A DNA stretch of 64,000 bases from an uncultured Alphaproteobacteria bacterium (GCA_902628645.1 CACONS010000003.1:1221-65220); one strand, 5' to 3'. Shown: positions 39,785 through 51,775, counted from the stretch's first letter. Notes: generated by a model not told the origin, from the sequence alone. Numbers and translations are program-made.

Positions 39785-40611
39785 TGACCAAACTAACTGT
39801 TAAAGATTTATTTGAAAAAAAAGGAAAAGTAAAATTAACCGAATTATATGTGACAAATGCTCTTGAGGCTTTCGCAGCTGAAAAAGCTGGTATAGATATC
39901 CAAATTGTATCTTTTAAAAAAGAAACTCTTAGAACTGGAGTTGCAACAAATAGATGGTTTAAAGATGCACATATAAAGGATATTAGAGAAGCTGCGCCAA
40001 ATACTTTTATGATATATGGGCTTGGTCAACTGTCATCACCTGAAAGGGCTATAGATGCTGCGCTAATAGCAAGAGACAATGGTGCAGATGCTGTTTACTG
40101 TGGAAATAGTCCAAAATATATAGAAGCTCTTCGCAATGAAGGTTTACCAGCAGTCAGTCATATTGGACTCATACCCTATAAGAGTACATGGACCGGTGGT
40201 TTTAAAGCTGTTGGTAAAGATTCTGAGTCTGCATTCAAAGTTTATCAAGATGCTATTTCGTATGATAATGCCGGCGCTATCGGTCTTGAAGTAGAATGCG
40301 TCCCAGACCGAGTAGCTGAAATAATTACTAAGAGGGTTAATTTACTTACATTATCAATGGGAAGTGGACCAAAATGTGATGTAGAATTTTTATTTATTCA
40401 AGATGTTATTGGCACCAACACAGAAAGAGTACCTCGCCATGCTAAAATTTTTAAAGATACAAATAAATCATATGAAAAACTTTTAGAAGACACAATTGAG
40501 GGAATTAAAAGTTATGTCAAAGACGTTAATACAAACAAATTCCCAACAAAATCAAATATTGTTAAAATTAAAGACGAAGAATTTGATAAATTTTTGAATA
40601 AGGTTGGCTAA
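39784..40611 (+). CDS. PanB-fold (ketopantoate hydroxymethyltransferase-like, ICL/PEPM superfamily) protein, probably not a canonical PanB
   Basis: The C-terminal half matches PanB (SHIGLIPYKS, GGFKAVGK, LEVECVP, SMGSGPKCD). The positions of GDSLGM, ADLPF and KIEGG are instead VSFKKET, YGLGQ and VYCGNS. TAATG coupling to the GH4 gene. Confidence 0.55.
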   Translation: MTKLTVKDLFEKKGKVKLTELYVTNALEAFAAEKAGIDIQIVSFKKETLRTGVATNRWFKDAHIKDIREAAPNTFMIYGLGQLSSPERAIDAALIARDNGADAVYCGNSPKYIEALRNEGLPAVSHIGLIPYKSTWTGGFKAVGKDSESAFKVYQDAISYDNAGAIGLEVECVPDRVAEIITKRVNLLTLSMGSGPKCDVEFLFIQDVIGTNTERVPRHAKIFKDTNKSYEKLLEDTIEGIKSYVKDVNTNKFPTKSNIVKIKDEEFDKFLNKVG

Positions 40612-41435
40612 ATAATTATTTTCAACAAATCTTTACCAATAACTGGGTCTTTGCCAAAATCATTTCTAACTATTTTTTTTAGTCTTGGAATATTAAATCT
40701 TGTTGGCACAAAATGAGTTAAGATCAATTTTTTACTTTTAGTAATATATGCAACTTTGCCAACTTGAGATGAAGATGTGTGATATTTTTTAACATTATGT
40801 AGTGTTTTTTTCGTTCTCATTCTATTAATTTCCTTAATTTCACCTTCAACAAAAACTTCGTGAAGTAATACATCTGATTTATAAGCATATTTCATTAAAT
40901 TTTCACAGGGTCTTGTATCTCCACTAATTGTAAGTTTTTTTGAATTATTAAAGAATGAAAATCCATATGCATATTTTACAGGTTTATGATCAACTTCAAA
41001 ATATTTTACTTTTAAATCTTTGAATGAATAACTACCATTAGAATTAAATTCAGTTACTTTAATATCAAACGCTTTTATTGAAGATCTTGATTCATAAGAT
41101 ATTCTTAACTTCCTTTCATCATGAAAAGCATCCATAATTTTTTTTACAAATTTCTTTGTACCTTTTGGTCCATATATTTTCCAAGGTTTTGTTCTATACG
41201 AATGCCAAGAAGATATAATTAATTGGTAAAGATCAACAACATGATCAGAGTGTAGATGAGTCAAAAATAATGCATCAATATTAGCTGAAGAAATATTTGC
41301 TTCATTTAGTCTTTGGGTAACACCTGACCCACAATCAACTAGTATTTTTACATACCTTGTGCTTACAAAGTTTGCTGAACCACATCTTTTATAATCAACA
41401 CTTGGACACCCTGTCCCAAGTAATATCAATTCCAT
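40608..41435 (-). CDS. MBL-fold metallo-hydrolase (RNase Z/BN-like)
   Basis: LTHLHSDH motif, an upstream LVDCGSG, and a C-terminal LTHF. 1-nt overlap with the rpoD stop. Confidence 0.72.
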   Translation of the reverse strand: MELILLGTGCPSVDYKRCGSANFVSTRYVKILVDCGSGVTQRLNEANISSANIDALFLTHLHSDHVVDLYQLIISSWHSYRTKPWKIYGPKGTKKFVKKIMDAFHDERKLRISYESRSSIKAFDIKVTEFNSNGSYSFKDLKVKYFEVDHKPVKYAYGFSFFNNSKKLTISGDTRPCENLMKYAYKSDVLLHEVFVEGEIKEINRMRTKKTLHNVKKYHTSSSQVGKVAYITKSKKLILTHFVPTRFNIPRLKKIVRNDFGKDPVIGKDLLKIII

Positions 41436-43597
41436 TATTCGTCTAAGAAAGTTTTGAGTTTTCTTGCTCTAGTAGGGTGTTTTAACTTTCTTAAAGCCTT
41501 GGCTTCAATTTGTCTTATTCTTTCTCTTGTTACACTAAATTGTTGTCCAACTTCCTCAAGAGTATGATCACTATTCATACCAATCCCAAAACGCATTCTT
41601 AGTACTCGTTCCTCTCTTGGTGTCAAAGAAGAGAGAATTCTTGTTGTTGTATCACGCAATGAACTTTTTACAGCTGCATCAATGGGAATAAGAGCATTTT
41701 TATCTTCAATAAAATCTCCAAGAGAACTATCTTCTTCATCACCAACAGGTGTCTCTAAGCTAATTGGTTCTTTTGCAATTTTTAAAACTTTTTTTACTTT
41801 ATCTAATGGCATATGTAGTCTATCTGCTAATTCATTTGGTGTAGGTTCCCTTCCAATTTCAGACATAATTTGTCTTGTAGTTCTAACAATTTTATTAATT
41901 GTTTCAATCATATGAACTGGTATTCGAATTGTTCTTGCTTGATCAGCAATTGATCTTGTAATAGCCTGTCTAATCCACCATGTTGCATATGTGGAAAATT
42001 TATAACCTCTTCGATATTCAAATTTATCTACCGCCTTCATAAGACCAATATTGCCTTCTTGAATTAAATCTAAAAACTGAAGACCTCTATTTGTATATTT
42101 TTTTGCTATAGAAATAACTAGTCTTAAATTTGATTCTATCATTTCTTTTTTTGCTCTATTTGCAGACCTTTCACCTTGCTGTACTGTACCAACTATTCTT
42201 CTAAATTCTGTTAGAGGTAATTCTGATGCTTCTTGAATTTCTTTGATCTCTTCAATATTTTTATTAATTTCAATATGATTTCTATTAATGAACTTTTCCC
42301 AATTTTTGTTTTTTGTGGCTAAAAGAGTTTGAATCCAGTTTTTTTCGAAGTTGAAATTTAGATATTGGGACACAAAATCTTCCCTTTTAACTCCTGAACT
42401 AGTTGCCATTCGCAGCATTTTACCTTCACGTAAAAGTAGTTTTTTGTTTAACTCATATAAAGCTTCCATTAGGGCTTCTATTGTTGATGAATTAAAATGC
42501 ACTGCCTTCATAGCTGCAACCATATCTTTTTGAATTTTTAAATATTTTTTTTCTAGAGAATTGTAGTTCTTTTCATTTTTTTTATCTGCATTTATTAGTT
42601 CCTGACTATGTTTTTGAAGTTTTTTAAATAACTTTGTTATATCATTAAAATCATTCAATACTTTTGGCTTAAGTTTTTCTTCCATCGCTGCAAGGGAAAC
42701 ATTTAAACTCTCATCTTCATCATCTTCTTGTTGCTGTTCTTCGCTGTTATTCTCTTCAGAGTTATTTTCACTATCATTTTTTTTCTTATCATCTTTTTTA
42801 TCATCGCCACCAGTTTCAATTAATTTGAGTGTATCCTCAAGTTTGGAATCCGAAATATCTGACATATCATAAGTAGCTTCTAGATCTACAATATCTCTCA
42901 AAAGCATTGTTCCATCTTTAATTGCATCCTTCCAATTTATTATTGATCTAATGGTCATAGGACTTTCACAGATAGCTCCAATCATTTTTTCTCTTCCAGC
43001 TTCTATTCTTTTTGCAATTGCTATCTCTCCTTCTCTACTGAGTAGCTCAACAGCACCCATATCTCTTAAATATAATCTCACAGGATCATCAGTTTTTCCT
43101 GTTTGTTTTTTTTCTTGATCTTCATTTCCTTCTTCAGTTTTAGAGTTTTGTTCTTTAGCTATGGAAATTAATTCTTGCGCCTCCTCTTCCGTGTAAATCT
43201 TAATATTATTAGAAATTATAAAATCTTGGAATTTTTTTATGTTTTCTTCAAGTCTAAATTTTTTTGGAATTGCCTTTTCAATTATTTTTTGAGTATATAT
43301 TCCATCAACTTTATGTTTATTTATTAGCTTAGCAAAAATTTCTTTTAATTTATCATTAAAACCGGAAATTGCCTTTGGAATTTTTTTAGACTTTTCTTCT
43401 TGAGCAGATTGATCTAAAGTCTTCTTAAGTTTTGAGGTTTTTCTTACAATAGTTTTTTTTGTTTTTTTTAATTTTGATTTTGAGTTTTTGTTGGACTTTA
43501 AAGTTGATTTTTTCTTCGATAATTTCTTTTTTATAGATTGTTTTTTTTTAGTTAAGTTAGTTTTTTTCTTAACAGATTTTTTTTTCTTTTTTACCAT
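41435..43597 (-). CDS. rpoD: RNA polymerase primary sigma factor (sigma-70) with lysine-rich N-terminal extension
   Basis: Region 2 ([27 protein letters not shown]), region 3, and region 4.2 ([29 protein letters not shown]). No in-frame Met between codon 1 and about codon 180. Confidence 0.95.
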   Translation of the reverse strand: MVKKKKKSVKKKTNLTKKKQSIKKKLSKKKSTLKSNKNSKSKLKKTKKTIVRKTSKLKKTLDQSAQEEKSKKIPKAISGFNDKLKEIFAKLINKHKVDGIYTQKIIEKAIPKKFRLEENIKKFQDFIISNNIKIYTEEEAQELISIAKEQNSKTEEGNEDQEKKQTGKTDDPVRLYLRDMGAVELLSREGEIAIAKRIEAGREKMIGAICESPMTIRSIINWKDAIKDGTMLLRDIVDLEATYDMSDISDSKLEDTLKLIETGGDDKKDDKKKNDSENNSEENNSEEQQQEDDEDESLNVSLAAMEEKLKPKVLNDFNDITKLFKKLQKHSQELINADKKNEKNYNSLEKKYLKIQKDMVAAMKAVHFNSSTIEALMEALYELNKKLLLREGKMLRMATSSGVKREDFVSQYLNFNFEKNWIQTLLATKNKNWEKFINRNHIEINKNIEEIKEIQEASELPLTEFRRIVGTVQQGERSANRAKKEMIESNLRLVISIAKKYTNRGLQFLDLIQEGNIGLMKAVDKFEYRRGYKFSTYATWWIRQAITRSIADQARTIRIPVHMIETINKIVRTTRQIMSEIGREPTPNELADRLHMPLDKVKKVLKIAKEPISLETPVGDEEDSSLGDFIEDKNALIPIDAAVKSSLRDTTTRILSSLTPREERVLRMRFGIGMNSDHTLEEVGQQFSVTRERIRQIEAKALRKLKHPTRARKLKTFLDE

Positions 43598-43606
43598 TAC
43601 TTTATT

Positions 43607-45349
43607 CTATTGCTCTTCATTATTATGAAGTTTAAAACTAATATTTTTTAATTCATCCCAAGTCATTGAAGAGCTTATTTCTATATTATCTAGGCTTTTA
43701 TTTATTTTTTTCAAATTTGAAAGTCTTGTCTTTAAATTATTTATAGATTCTCTAATTTCTTTTAAGGCTTCTATGGAGTCATAATCTGAGTTAGAATATG
43801 GGAATAGTTGAAATATGCTAATATCCTTAGTATTTTTTAAGATTTCAGATACTTTATTAGGAAATTTTCCAGTTTCAATATTATAAATATCAGCCTCTAG
43901 AAATTCTGAATTATGAATAAAATTTAAAAATTCAGTCTGAATATTATTCAATAATTCAGAATCTACCAACAGCTTATAAATTTCGTGTCTTAGCTTTATA
44001 TGATGTAAATAAGCTGTAAGAAATGAATAAATTTGTTTTTCTTTTAATGATATCGATTTTGGAATAATTTTAATAGATTGTTTTTTATTAGAAAATGATT
44101 TTAGTTTGTTAAAAAATAAAGTTTTAAGCTCATTTTTATAAAAATATTTAATTTTACTGTCTTTGATATTGCTGACTAATTCATCTATATAATTATCGTA
44201 AATAACTTTGTTATCAGATTTTTTCAGATCAATTGATTTTGAAGATTCTTGAAATATAAAATCTACAATTGAAAGTGGATTTTTCAAATATTTTGCAAAT
44301 TTATTTAAAGAAAATTCATTAATATAAGTATCAGGATCATATTCATTCGGAAGAATAACAAATTGTAGTAATTTTGTAGGCGTTAAATAGGGTAATGACA
44401 TTATAGCACTTTTGAAAGAGGCCTTTAAACCTGATGTATCTCCATCAAACATCAATGTTGGTTTGTTAACATATTTCCATGATAATAAAAGATGACTATC
44501 AGTTAAAGATGTCCCAAGTGGGGCTACAGCTGTTTTAATATTTTTATCATACAAACTTATTACATCCATATACCCTTCGCAAATTAACATATTTTTTTTT
44601 GACCTTATGTTTTGTTTAGCATTGAAAAGATTATACAAAATATTTCTTTTTTTAAAAAAATGACTTTCAGGTGAATTAATATATTTAGGATTAGAATTAT
44701 CTAATACTCTTCCTCCAAATCCTACAATTTTTCCATATTCATTTGTAATTGGAAAAATAAGTCTATTGTAAAAGAAATCACGTATCTTATTATTTTTATC
44801 AAGTTTTACTACATTGCTTTCAAGAAGTTCTTTATCTTCAAAACCTTGTTCTTTTAGAAATTGATAAAGAGTTTGTTTTGAACTAGAAGAAAATCCTAAC
44901 TTAAAAAATTTAATAGTCTCGTCTGATAAGTTTCTTGTATTTAAATATCTTTGACAATCTTTATTTACTTCTAGATTATCTTGAAACCATTTTGTCGAAA
45001 TTTCTAAAATTTTATAAATTTTATCATTTTTTTTATTAATATTTGAATCAATATTATCAACTATTCTAATACCAACTCTTTGAGCTAATTCTTTTACTGC
45101 TTCAGGGAATGAAAAATTATAAAGCTCTGTATATATTGTAAATATATCTCCTTTAGCTCCACATCCAAAACAGTAATAAGAACCTAAATCATCATTTATC
45201 TTGCAAGATGGAGTTTTTTCATCATGAAATGGACAACAACACCAACTATCTTTTCCTTTTTTTATGACTTTTATTTTTTTTTCTATTTCTTGCGAAAGAA
45301 GAATTTTTGATTTTATTAATTCAAGATCATTTTTTGAAAATGACATCAA
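43607..45349 (-). CDS. dnaG: DNA primase
   Basis: Zinc ribbon CPFHDEKTPSC...CFGCG, TOPRIM (CEGYMDV, FDGDTSG), and dnaG-rpoD synteny. Confidence 0.92.
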   Translation of the reverse strand: MMSFSKNDLELIKSKILLSQEIEKKIKVIKKGKDSWCCCPFHDEKTPSCKINDDLGSYYCFGCGAKGDIFTIYTELYNFSFPEAVKELAQRVGIRIVDNIDSNINKKNDKIYKILEISTKWFQDNLEVNKDCQRYLNTRNLSDETIKFFKLGFSSSSKQTLYQFLKEQGFEDKELLESNVVKLDKNNKIRDFFYNRLIFPITNEYGKIVGFGGRVLDNSNPKYINSPESHFFKKRNILYNLFNAKQNIRSKKNMLICEGYMDVISLYDKNIKTAVAPLGTSLTDSHLLLSWKYVNKPTLMFDGDTSGLKASFKSAIMSLPYLTPTKLLQFVILPNEYDPDTYINEFSLNKFAKYLKNPLSIVDFIFQESSKSIDLKKSDNKVIYDNYIDELVSNIKDSKIKYFYKNELKTLFFNKLKSFSNKKQSIKIIPKSISLKEKQIYSFLTAYLHHIKLRHEIYKLLVDSELLNNIQTEFLNFIHNSEFLEADIYNIETGKFPNKVSEILKNTKDISIFQLFPYSNSDYDSIEALKEIRESINNLKTRLSNLKKINKSLDNIEISSSMTWDELKNISFKLHNNEEQ

Positions 45350-45801
45350 TTGCCCAGTAAAGATTTAGCTATTTTTCCTACTAAACCCATATCTATTTTT
45401 CCAGTATAGTTTTCCTTAATTATTTTCATAAGGGCACCCATTTCTTTTATTGATGTATAATTATTCTCTTGAATTATATTCTTTATGATCAATGTTGTTT
45501 CATCTTCGTCCATTTGTTTTGGTAAAAACATTTCTATTACTTTGATTTCATTAAGTTCCTTTTCAATAAGATCATTCCGATTCGCTTTTTCAAAAGCTTC
45601 TATTGAATCTTTTCTTTGTTTTACTAAACTTTGAAGTAAACTTAAAATATCAGAATCGGTCAAAGATTCTTTCTTACCTCTAAGAGAAATTTCCTTATCT
45701 TTAATAGCGCTCTTTATTAATCTTAAAGTATTGATGGAATTACTATCTTTTTCTTTGATAGAATTATTATAATCACTTTCAATTTTATCCTTTAAGCTCA
45801 T
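45346..45801 (-). CDS. GatB/YqeY domain-containing protein
   Basis: 151 aa with the typical YqeY pattern (L...I......R.....L.D.......L.K.R..S...). ATGA overlap with dnaG. Confidence 0.78.
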   Translation of the reverse strand: MSLKDKIESDYNNSIKEKDSNSINTLRLIKSAIKDKEISLRGKKESLTDSDILSLLQSLVKQRKDSIEAFEKANRNDLIEKELNEIKVIEMFLPKQMDEDETTLIIKNIIQENNYTSIKEMGALMKIIKENYTGKIDMGLVGKIAKSLLGN

Positions 45802-45866
45802 ATTTTTTCACTTTCTAATAAATTTAATTTAATAATATAATTCTTCTTTTTAATTTCAACTAATCC

Positions 45867-45895
45867 TTGACTACATTGTTATAAATGCCTACTAA
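45867..45895 (+). promoter_or_regulatory. candidate sigma-70 promoter for carAB
   Basis: TTGACT (45867..45872), a 17-nt spacer, then TACTAA (45890..45895), 27 nt upstream of ATG 45922. Weak in AT-rich DNA. Confidence 0.25.
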
Positions 45896-45921
45896 CTATC
45901 ATTTTGCTTCATCTAAATATA

Positions 45922-47091
45922 ATGGAAGTTTTAAAAAAAGAACCACATATACACAACAAAACTGCAGCTCTTGTATTAGAAAATGGTGAAATCTTATGGG
46001 GTTATGGATTAGGAGAGAAAAAGGCTGCCGTAGGTGAGCTTTGTTTCAATACCTCTCAAACAGGCTATCAAGAAGCATTGTCTGATCCCTCATATACAAA
46101 ACAAATCATTACATTTACTTTTCCACATGTTGGAATTGTAGGTACAAATCAAGAAGATCAAGAGTCAAAAAAAATCTTTGCTGATGGCTGTATAATAAAT
46201 CAACCATTATCAGATTATTCAAATTGGAGAGCAGAAAATGACTTAAATTCATATTTTTTAAAAAACAAAATTCCATGTATTTTTGGAATTGATACTAGAT
46301 ACTTAACTAAGAAATTATCTGTTGAGGGAGCTAAGAAGGCCGCAATTATTCACTTTGGAGAAGGTGAAAATAAAATTGAAAAACTTAAAACTCAAATTAA
46401 TGAGTGGAAAGGTCTTCAAAATTTAGATTTGGCGGGAATAGTATCGACAGAGCAAAACTATAATTGGAAAAAAGGAATATGGAAAAGTGATAAATCAATT
46501 AAAAGCAAATTTAAATATAATGTCACTTGCTTAGACTTTGGTATCAAAAATAACATTCTAAGAAATCTAAATGAATTTAATCTTAATCCAACTGTATTAA
46601 ATTTATTTTCTAGCTACGAAGAAATAATGGAAACTAATCCTTCAGGAATTTTTTTATCAAATGGTCCTGGTGATCCTTATGCCACAGGTAGTAAAATAGT
46701 TAATGTAATTAAAAAATTAATTGAAGATAATATTCCAATATTTGGAATATGTTTAGGGCATCAAATTTTAGGATTGGCATTAAATGCAAAAACTAAAAAA
46801 ATGTTTCAGGGTCACAGAGGCTCAAACCATCCAGTCAAAAATCTTACAACAGGAGTTGTTGAAATTACTTCACAAAATCATGGTTTTGAAGTTGATAGAG
46901 ATAGTTTTGACAAAGATATAATTGAAACTCATGTTTCACTATTTGATGGGACTAATGAAGGTTTAAGACATAAGCATTTACCAGTATTTAGTGTTCAATA
47001 TCATCCAGAGGCGTCGCCTGGTCCACATGATAGTCATTATTTGTTTGAAGAATTTTATAAACTTATTGAGAAAAATGCCAAAAAGAACTGA
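45922..47091 (+). CDS. carA: carbamoyl-phosphate synthase small (glutaminase) subunit
   Basis: GICLGHQ nucleophile elbow and a QYHPE His/Glu triad region. I prefer ATG 45922 over the TTG at 45904; the start is uncertain. Confidence 0.9.
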   Translation: MEVLKKEPHIHNKTAALVLENGEILWGYGLGEKKAAVGELCFNTSQTGYQEALSDPSYTKQIITFTFPHVGIVGTNQEDQESKKIFADGCIINQPLSDYSNWRAENDLNSYFLKNKIPCIFGIDTRYLTKKLSVEGAKKAAIIHFGEGENKIEKLKTQINEWKGLQNLDLAGIVSTEQNYNWKKGIWKSDKSIKSKFKYNVTCLDFGIKNNILRNLNEFNLNPTVLNLFSSYEEIMETNPSGIFLSNGPGDPYATGSKIVNVIKKLIEDNIPIFGICLGHQILGLALNAKTKKMFQGHRGSNHPVKNLTTGVVEITSQNHGFEVDRDSFDKDIIETHVSLFDGTNEGLRHKHLPVFSVQYHPEASPGPHDSHYLFEEFYKLIEKNAKKN

Positions 47092-50000
47092 CATTAATAA
47101 AATATTAATAGTAGGTGCAGGTCCTATAGTTATTGGTCAAGCTTGTGAATTTGATTACTCGGGTGCTCAGGCATGTAAGTCTCTCAAAGATGAAGGTTAC
47201 AAAATTGTATTAATTAATTCAAATCCTGCAACAATAATGACTGATCCAGAATTAGCTGATCAAACTTATATCGAACCTATAACTAAAGAATTTGTAGAAA
47301 AAATAATAGAAATTGAAAAACCAGATGCTCTTCTTCCAACTATGGGAGGGCAAACTGCTTTAAACGTCTCAATGGAACTTTTTAATAATCGTATACTTGA
47401 AAAACACGGAGTAAAAATGATTGGAGCTAATCCAACAGCAATAGAATTAGCTGAGGATAGGCAAAAATTTAAAGATGCCATGAAAGAAATTGGTCTAAGT
47501 TGTCCTAAAAGTTACGTGGTTAACACTATTGAAGAGTCAAAAAGAGTAAAAAATGAATTAAATTTACCTCTTGTCATAAGACCAAGTTTTACACTTGGAG
47601 GTACAGGAGGTGGTGTTGCCTATGATGATGAGGGTTTTATTGATTTATGTAATAGGGGTTTAAATGCTAGCCCGACAAATCAGATACTTATTGAAAAATC
47701 TGTATCAGGGTGGAAAGAATTTGAAATGGAAGTTGTGAGAGACAATAAAGACAATTGTATTATTGTTTGTTCAATTGAGAATGTTGATCCAATGGGTGTG
47801 CATACTGGAGATAGTATTACAGTAGCTCCATCCTTAACATTAACAGATAAAGAATACCAAATTTTAAGGAATGCTAGCATTAAGGTTCTCAGAAAAATAG
47901 GTGTAGATACTGGCGGATCAAATGTTCAATTTGCAATAAATCCTGAAGATGGAGAAATTAATGTCATTGAAATGAATCCAAGAGTTAGTAGATCTTCTGC
48001 GTTAGCATCAAAAGCTACAGGTTTTCCAATAGCAAAAATTGCTGCAAAATTAGCCGTAGGTTATACTTTGGATGAACTTGAAAATGATATTACCACGACA
48101 ACACCAGCAAGTTTTGAACCAACTATTGATTATGTTGTAACTAAAATTCCAAGATTTACTTTTGAAAAATTTGTTGGTGCTAATGCTAACTTAACGACAT
48201 CCATGAAATCAGTTGGTGAGGCAATGAGTATAGGTAGATCTTTTAATGAATCAATTCAAAAGGGGTTTAATTCTCTTGAGTACGGTCTAACTGGTTTTGA
48301 TAAACCAAAACTTAGATCAAATGATAAAAATACAATTTTGAATGAACTTAAAATACAATCTTCTCAACGCTTGTTAGTTGTAGGAGAAGCCCTGAGGATT
48401 GGATTAACAGTTGATGAAATAAATCAAACTACAAAATATGATAAATGGTTTTTATATCAAATTAAAATAATAATTGATTTTGAAAAAATATTAAAAGAAA
48501 AAGGTCTAAACAAAGATATAATATTATATGCAAAGAAAATAGGCTTCTCGGATAGTAAAATCTCATCAATATTAAGTATTAAAGAAAAAGAAATAAGAAA
48601 ATTTAGAAATAATAAAGATATTAATCCTGTCTTCAGACTAGTAGATACTTGTGCGGGTGAATTTAGTTCTAAAACTCCATATCTTTATTCTACTTATGAT
48701 TGGGATTTTGAAAATACTAAATTCTGTGAAGCAAATCCTACATCAAAAGACAAAGTAATAATTCTTGGAGGTGGCCCTAATAGAATAGGTCAAGGTATAG
48801 AATTTGATTATTGCTGTGTGCATGCTGTCTATGCATTGAAAGAAAAGGGTATTGAAACAATAATGATAAATTGTAACCCAGAAACAGTTTCAACTGACTA
48901 TGATACTGCTGATAGACTTTATTTTGAACCACTTTCTGCAGAAAGTGTTATTGAAATTTACAATAAAGAAAAAAGTAATGGAAATGTTCTTGGTGTATTA
49001 GTGCAATTTGGAGGCCAGACTCCTCTAAAAATTGCTAAAGAATTAGAAGAGGCTGGAATAAAAGTTATAGGAACTTCAACTGAAGCAATAGATTTAGCTG
49101 AAGATAGAGATAGATTCAGTGAAATATTAATGAAACTAAAAATTGCTCAACCAAAAAATGCTTTTGCAAATACTGTAGCTCAAACTTTAGAAAAAGCTGA
49201 AGAAATTGGATATCCTGTTTTAGTTAGACCTTCATATGTACTTGGAGGAAGAGCTATGCAAATCGCATACGATAAAGATAATTTAGAATCATTTTCTAAT
49301 GAAGCTCTTGAAGTTTCTTCAAATAATGTAATTTTAATTGATGAGTATCTTGAGAATGCCAAAGAAATAGATGTAGATATAATCAGAGATCAAAATGGAG
49401 AAATATTTGTAGCTGGGATTATGGAACACATCGAAGAGGCAGGAATTCACTCTGGAGATAGTGCTTGTTCCTTACCTCCATATTCAGTTAGCAAAGAAAC
49501 TCAGAATAAAATAATTGAATGGGTATCAAAAATTGCCAATGAAATTAATGTTATTGGATTAATGAATACTCAATTAGCAATTAAAGATAACAAAATATAT
49601 GTTTTAGAAGTAAACCCAAGAGCCAGCAGGACTGTACCATTTGTGGCCAAATCAAAAGGTATTCCAGTCGCAAAAATTGCAGCAAAAGTAATGGTTGGCG
49701 AAAATCTTAATTCAATTTTGAATGATTATAAAATTAATGAATTAAAAAACTTTAATGTAAAAGAATCTGTTTTTCCTTTCAATAAATTTGATGGAGTTGA
49801 TCTAATATTAGGTCCTGAAATGAAATCTACAGGAGAAGTTATGGGAATAGATGAAACCTTTTTATCTTCCTATATAAAGAGCCAAATAGCCTGTGGTAAT
49901 ATTCTTCCATCTAAAGGGACGGTATTTATCTCAATAGATAATGATAATAAAAAGTTCATAATTGAGATAGCACAAAAGTTAAAAGAATTAGATTTTAATC

Positions 50001-50305
50001 TACTTGCAACTAAAGGGACTGCTGAATACTTAAATATCAATAACATCAAGACAAAAGTAGTAAATAAAGTAAAAGAAGGTAATCCTCATGTAGTTGACTC
50101 ATTAATTAATAATGAAATTCAGCTAGTAATTAATACAACAAAAACCCAATCATCTATAAGAGATAGCTATAGTATTAGAAGAACATCATTAATGTATAAT
50201 ATTCCATATTATACTACAATAGCTGGTGCAAAAGTTGCTGTAGATGCTATAGAGCACATTAAAACTCAAGAATTTACAATAAAAAGTCTTCAAACTATAA
50301 ATTAA
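47075..50305 (+). CDS. carB: carbamoyl-phosphate synthase large subunit
   Basis: [31 protein letters not shown]-terminus, a duplicated ATP-grasp domain and a C-terminal MGS-like domain. The true start at 47075 overlaps carA by 17 nt. The ORF-track start at 46991 is an out-of-frame read-through of the carA 3' end. Confidence 0.97.
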   Translation: MPKRTDINKILIVGAGPIVIGQACEFDYSGAQACKSLKDEGYKIVLINSNPATIMTDPELADQTYIEPITKEFVEKIIEIEKPDALLPTMGGQTALNVSMELFNNRILEKHGVKMIGANPTAIELAEDRQKFKDAMKEIGLSCPKSYVVNTIEESKRVKNELNLPLVIRPSFTLGGTGGGVAYDDEGFIDLCNRGLNASPTNQILIEKSVSGWKEFEMEVVRDNKDNCIIVCSIENVDPMGVHTGDSITVAPSLTLTDKEYQILRNASIKVLRKIGVDTGGSNVQFAINPEDGEINVIEMNPRVSRSSALASKATGFPIAKIAAKLAVGYTLDELENDITTTTPASFEPTIDYVVTKIPRFTFEKFVGANANLTTSMKSVGEAMSIGRSFNESIQKGFNSLEYGLTGFDKPKLRSNDKNTILNELKIQSSQRLLVVGEALRIGLTVDEINQTTKYDKWFLYQIKIIIDFEKILKEKGLNKDIILYAKKIGFSDSKISSILSIKEKEIRKFRNNKDINPVFRLVDTCAGEFSSKTPYLYSTYDWDFENTKFCEANPTSKDKVIILGGGPNRIGQGIEFDYCCVHAVYALKEKGIETIMINCNPETVSTDYDTADRLYFEPLSAESVIEIYNKEKSNGNVLGVLVQFGGQTPLKIAKELEEAGIKVIGTSTEAIDLAEDRDRFSEILMKLKIAQPKNAFANTVAQTLEKAEEIGYPVLVRPSYVLGGRAMQIAYDKDNLESFSNEALEVSSNNVILIDEYLENAKEIDVDIIRDQNGEIFVAGIMEHIEEAGIHSGDSACSLPPYSVSKETQNKIIEWVSKIANEINVIGLMNTQLAIKDNKIYVLEVNPRASRTVPFVAKSKGIPVAKIAAKVMVGENLNSILNDYKINELKNFNVKESVFPFNKFDGVDLILGPEMKSTGEVMGIDETFLSSYIKSQIACGNILPSKGTVFISIDNDNKKFIIEIAQKLKELDFNLLATKGTAEYLNINNIKTKVVNKVKEGNPHVVDSLINNEIQLVINTTKTQSSIRDSYSIRRTSLMYNIPYYTTIAGAKVAVDAIEHIKTQEFTIKSLQTIN

Positions 50306-50345
50306 TTTTATTGACTATAAAAAATAAATAAATCATCATAAATTT

Positions 50346-50819
50346 ATGAATAAAATTCCTATGACTGCTGAGGGTTATGCTAATTTACAAGATGAATTGA
50401 AAAAATTAACCTCGGTTGATAGACCAAAAATAATTGAGGCAATAGCTGAAGCTAGAAGTCACGGTGATTTATCTGAAAATGCAGAATACCAATATGCTAA
50501 AGAACAACAAAGTTTAATTGAAGGAAGAATTATAGATTTAGAGAGTGCTATTAGTAAAGCAGAGATTATTGATGTTAAATCTGTTAAAGGCGATGATATT
50601 AAATTTGGAGCTACTGTTGAAATAGAAGATGATGAAAGTGGAGAAAGGAAAAAATATCAAATTGTTGGAGATTATGAATCTGATATTAAAAATAAAAAAC
50701 TTTCAATTAGTAGTCCTTTAGCAAGAGGATTAATTGGCAAAACAAAAGAGGATAATGTTGAAATTAATAGTCCCAAAGGTATAAAAAGTTACACAATAAT
50801 ATCAGTAAAATACATTTGA
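50346..50819 (+). CDS. greA: transcription elongation factor GreA
   Basis: 157 aa with an N-terminal coiled coil (A...GDLSENAEY..AKE.Q) and a C-terminal FKBP-like domain (SP.A..L.GK). Confidence 0.93.
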   Translation: MNKIPMTAEGYANLQDELKKLTSVDRPKIIEAIAEARSHGDLSENAEYQYAKEQQSLIEGRIIDLESAISKAEIIDVKSVKGDDIKFGATVEIEDDESGERKKYQIVGDYESDIKNKKLSISSPLARGLIGKTKEDNVEINSPKGIKSYTIISVKYI

Positions 50820-51775
50820 AAATAGACAATCTTAAAATTTGGTCATTAACCGATGGCTCTCAAGGTATGATAAGTCAGACTAAAGGTCTAGCAAATGAAT
50901 TGAGTGTAAATATAAAAGAACTTAAGACTGAAATAGTTTTTCCATGGAGCAGATTACAACCTGGTATACTTCCTATTTTTAGCTGGATATTTAAAAATAA
51001 TTTACCTAAAGATGAAATACCTGATGTCGTAATTAGTTGTGGAAGAAAAAGTGTTTACTTATCAATTTATCTTAAAAAAAAATATCCAAAAATAATAAAT
51101 ATTCACATTCAAAACCCAAAGATTAATTCAAAAAAATTTTCTTATATTATAGCTCCTAATCATGATAATTTTTTAGGCGAAAATATAATAAATTCTAAAG
51201 GTGCAATTCATCATTTTAAAAAATCTAATAATTTAAAAAATGAATTTAATTTTAAAACAAGAAATTTGCTTACATGTATTATTGGGGGAGCAAATAATCA
51301 CTATAATTTCTCAAAAGAAAATGCATTAGATCTATGTAAAAAAATTAGAAATTTAAAGTATAATGATAATAGTTATGAAATTTTAGTTGTTACTTCAAGA
51401 AGAACTAGTGAAGAAATTAAAATTGTTTTAAAAAAAGAACTCAGCTCTATATCTACTTTATGGTTTGGAGGAGAAAAAAATCCCTATGAATTTGCTATAT
51501 ATAATTCTAATTATTTTATTATTACTTCTGACTCTACTTCGATGGTTTCAGAAGCCAGTATATCAGGAAAACCAATTTATATTTATCAATTACCAATGAA
51601 AAGAAAAAGTAAAAGATTTATAAGATTCCATGAAGAATTTAAAAAAATGAATATTACAAAAGATTTAAAAAATTTAGACAAATTAGAAAATTGGACATAT
51701 ACAAAACTTGAGGAAAGCAAAAGAATCGCTGGAATTATAAAAAAAAGAATTATAGAAAGAAATAATGAATCTTGA
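50816..51775 (+). CDS. ELM1/DUF1022 family protein (predicted GT-B-like fold)
   Basis: N-terminal IWSLTDGSQGMISQTKGLA resembles the ELM1-like bacterial family. TTG start overlaps the greA stop. Function unknown. Confidence 0.55.
   Translation: MKIDNLKIWSLTDGSQGMISQTKGLANELSVNIKELKTEIVFPWSRLQPGILPIFSWIFKNNLPKDEIPDVVISCGRKSVYLSIYLKKKYPKIINIHIQNPKINSKKFSYIIAPNHDNFLGENIINSKGAIHHFKKSNNLKNEFNFKTRNLLTCIIGGANNHYNFSKENALDLCKKIRNLKYNDNSYEILVVTSRRTSEEIKIVLKKELSSISTLWFGGEKNPYEFAIYNSNYFIITSDSTSMVSEASISGKPIYIYQLPMKRKSKRFIRFHEEFKKMNITKDLKNLDKLENWTYTKLEESKRIAGIIKKRIIERNNES

Noticed and set aside
46991-47074. ORF-track start of carB at 46991
   Set aside because: The 28 extra residues are an alternative-frame reading of the carA 3' end. 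The conserved CarB N-terminus MPKRTDI... begins at 47075.
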